Below, piece after piece: positions 63,901-64,000 of a stretch of 64,000 bases of DNA. Numbering within the stretch: position 1 is the first letter of the stretch; each line of letters begins with the position of its first letter. The translations under genes and the position numbers were made by a program. Source of the stretch: Paragordius varius (Eukaryota > Animalia > Nematomorpha); the NCBI GenBank assembly GCA_964247055.1, contig OZ176060.1:1364001-1428000 (forward strand). Direction: 5' to 3'. The notes beneath the pieces are model-generated. The model was not told where the DNA came from and ran no database searches. It saw only the letters and a program-made list of their open reading frames with translations.

Positions 63901-64000
63901 TTAACCACAATAAGTTATCTGTATTATAACACATAATAGATCAATCATTTGATTTAGAAATATTTTATGGATATGATCATTATGATATGAGAAAAAACAA
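46690..64000 (+). CDS. Gene B (3'-incomplete): secreted-type mosaic protein with >=8 complete F-type-lectin/discoidin-like domains and 2 WSC domains. Exon clusters 46690-47447, 52257-53137, 56543-56991, 58091-58750, 61779-64000
   Basis: In-frame chain of GT-AG introns, mostly 22-28 nt and phase 1. Domain-end motifs LCEFEIYG, LCEVFAYG, ICEIEIFA, ICGINIFG, ICSLHVFG, LCQLTIIG, ICYFNVYG, LCEAEVYG, ICELVITG; canonical ALDGN...DPWWMVHL at ~62880-62980. First exon is tentative. Confidence 0.78.
48724..49251 (+). mobile_element. Non-autonomous Helitron copy 5 (hairpin region deleted)
   Basis: A|TC start, ends ACGCTAG|T. Confidence 0.8.
49496..50320 (+). mobile_element. Internally deleted RTE (BovB-like) LINE: APE endonuclease joined to the 3' tail
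   Basis: KVGCWNVRSL...LGLTETR...IIGGDWNSKVG...YGLGERNEAGEALINFC, then EGQRKRGRPPMRWLDKIKE; upstream GGGAAGGCAATGGCAAACC motif. Confidence 0.88.
53402..54300 (+). mobile_element. Non-autonomous Helitron copy 6 (longest, 899 bp)
   Basis: A|TC start, 3' hairpin, CTAG|T end; extra ~350-bp internal segment. Confidence 0.88.
58463..58750 (+). CDS. WSC-domain exon of gene B (288 nt, phase 1-1)
   Basis: YVGCY...CIISCFKRKYKFSAVKLSQCFC...CNEPCTGNIGHGCGG: complete WSC cysteine pattern. Confidence 0.88.
60548..61106 (+). mobile_element. Non-autonomous Helitron copy 7
   Basis: A|TC start, 3' hairpin variant, CTAG|T end. Confidence 0.88.
63383..63720 (+). CDS. Second WSC-like domain of gene B (two exons split by a 25-nt intron)
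   Basis: NIGCF...DCNRKCRTLGLDFSAIY|GGIKCFC...ECDLCEEHYFCG. Confidence 0.7.

Noticed and set aside
1-64000. rRNA, tRNA or snRNA genes; (TA)n tracts as functional elements
   Set aside because: No recognisable structural RNA genes by eye (tRNAscan and Infernal not run); TA microsatellites are ordinary in this composition.

Overview
Very AT-rich eukaryotic, probably metazoan, genomic DNA; not a prokaryotic locus. Host genes: the 5' part of an AP-2 mu subunit gene (AP2M1, minus strand, runs off the window start) and two tandem plus-strand genes (~26.1-38.1 kb and ~46.7 kb to beyond the window end). These encode secreted-type proteins built from many divergent F-type-lectin/discoidin-like domains, with two WSC domains in the second gene. 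They are almost invisible in the ORF track because they are chopped by 22-28 nt GT-AG micro-introns alternating with kb-sized TE-filled introns. That signature is compatible with a reduced parasitic invertebrate such as a myxozoan (inference only). The rest is transposon-dense: RTE-type LINE fragments, a Chapaev3-like foldback element, a decayed hAT containing a Penelope-like insertion with hammerhead-like motifs, seven co-oriented non-autonomous Helitrons, an internally deleted Gypsy LTR element and several CAGT...ACTG/TA MITE families. The standout is an 8,386-bp palindromic IS630/Tc1/mariner element (17092-25477, TA-flanked). Its 4,063-bp arms each carry an intact transposase with an unusually short D(29)E spacing, a candidate spliced micro-gene, and a decayed antisense copy of the transposase just downstream of its stop. 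All gene models and alignments were made by eye and need RNA-seq and read-level confirmation.
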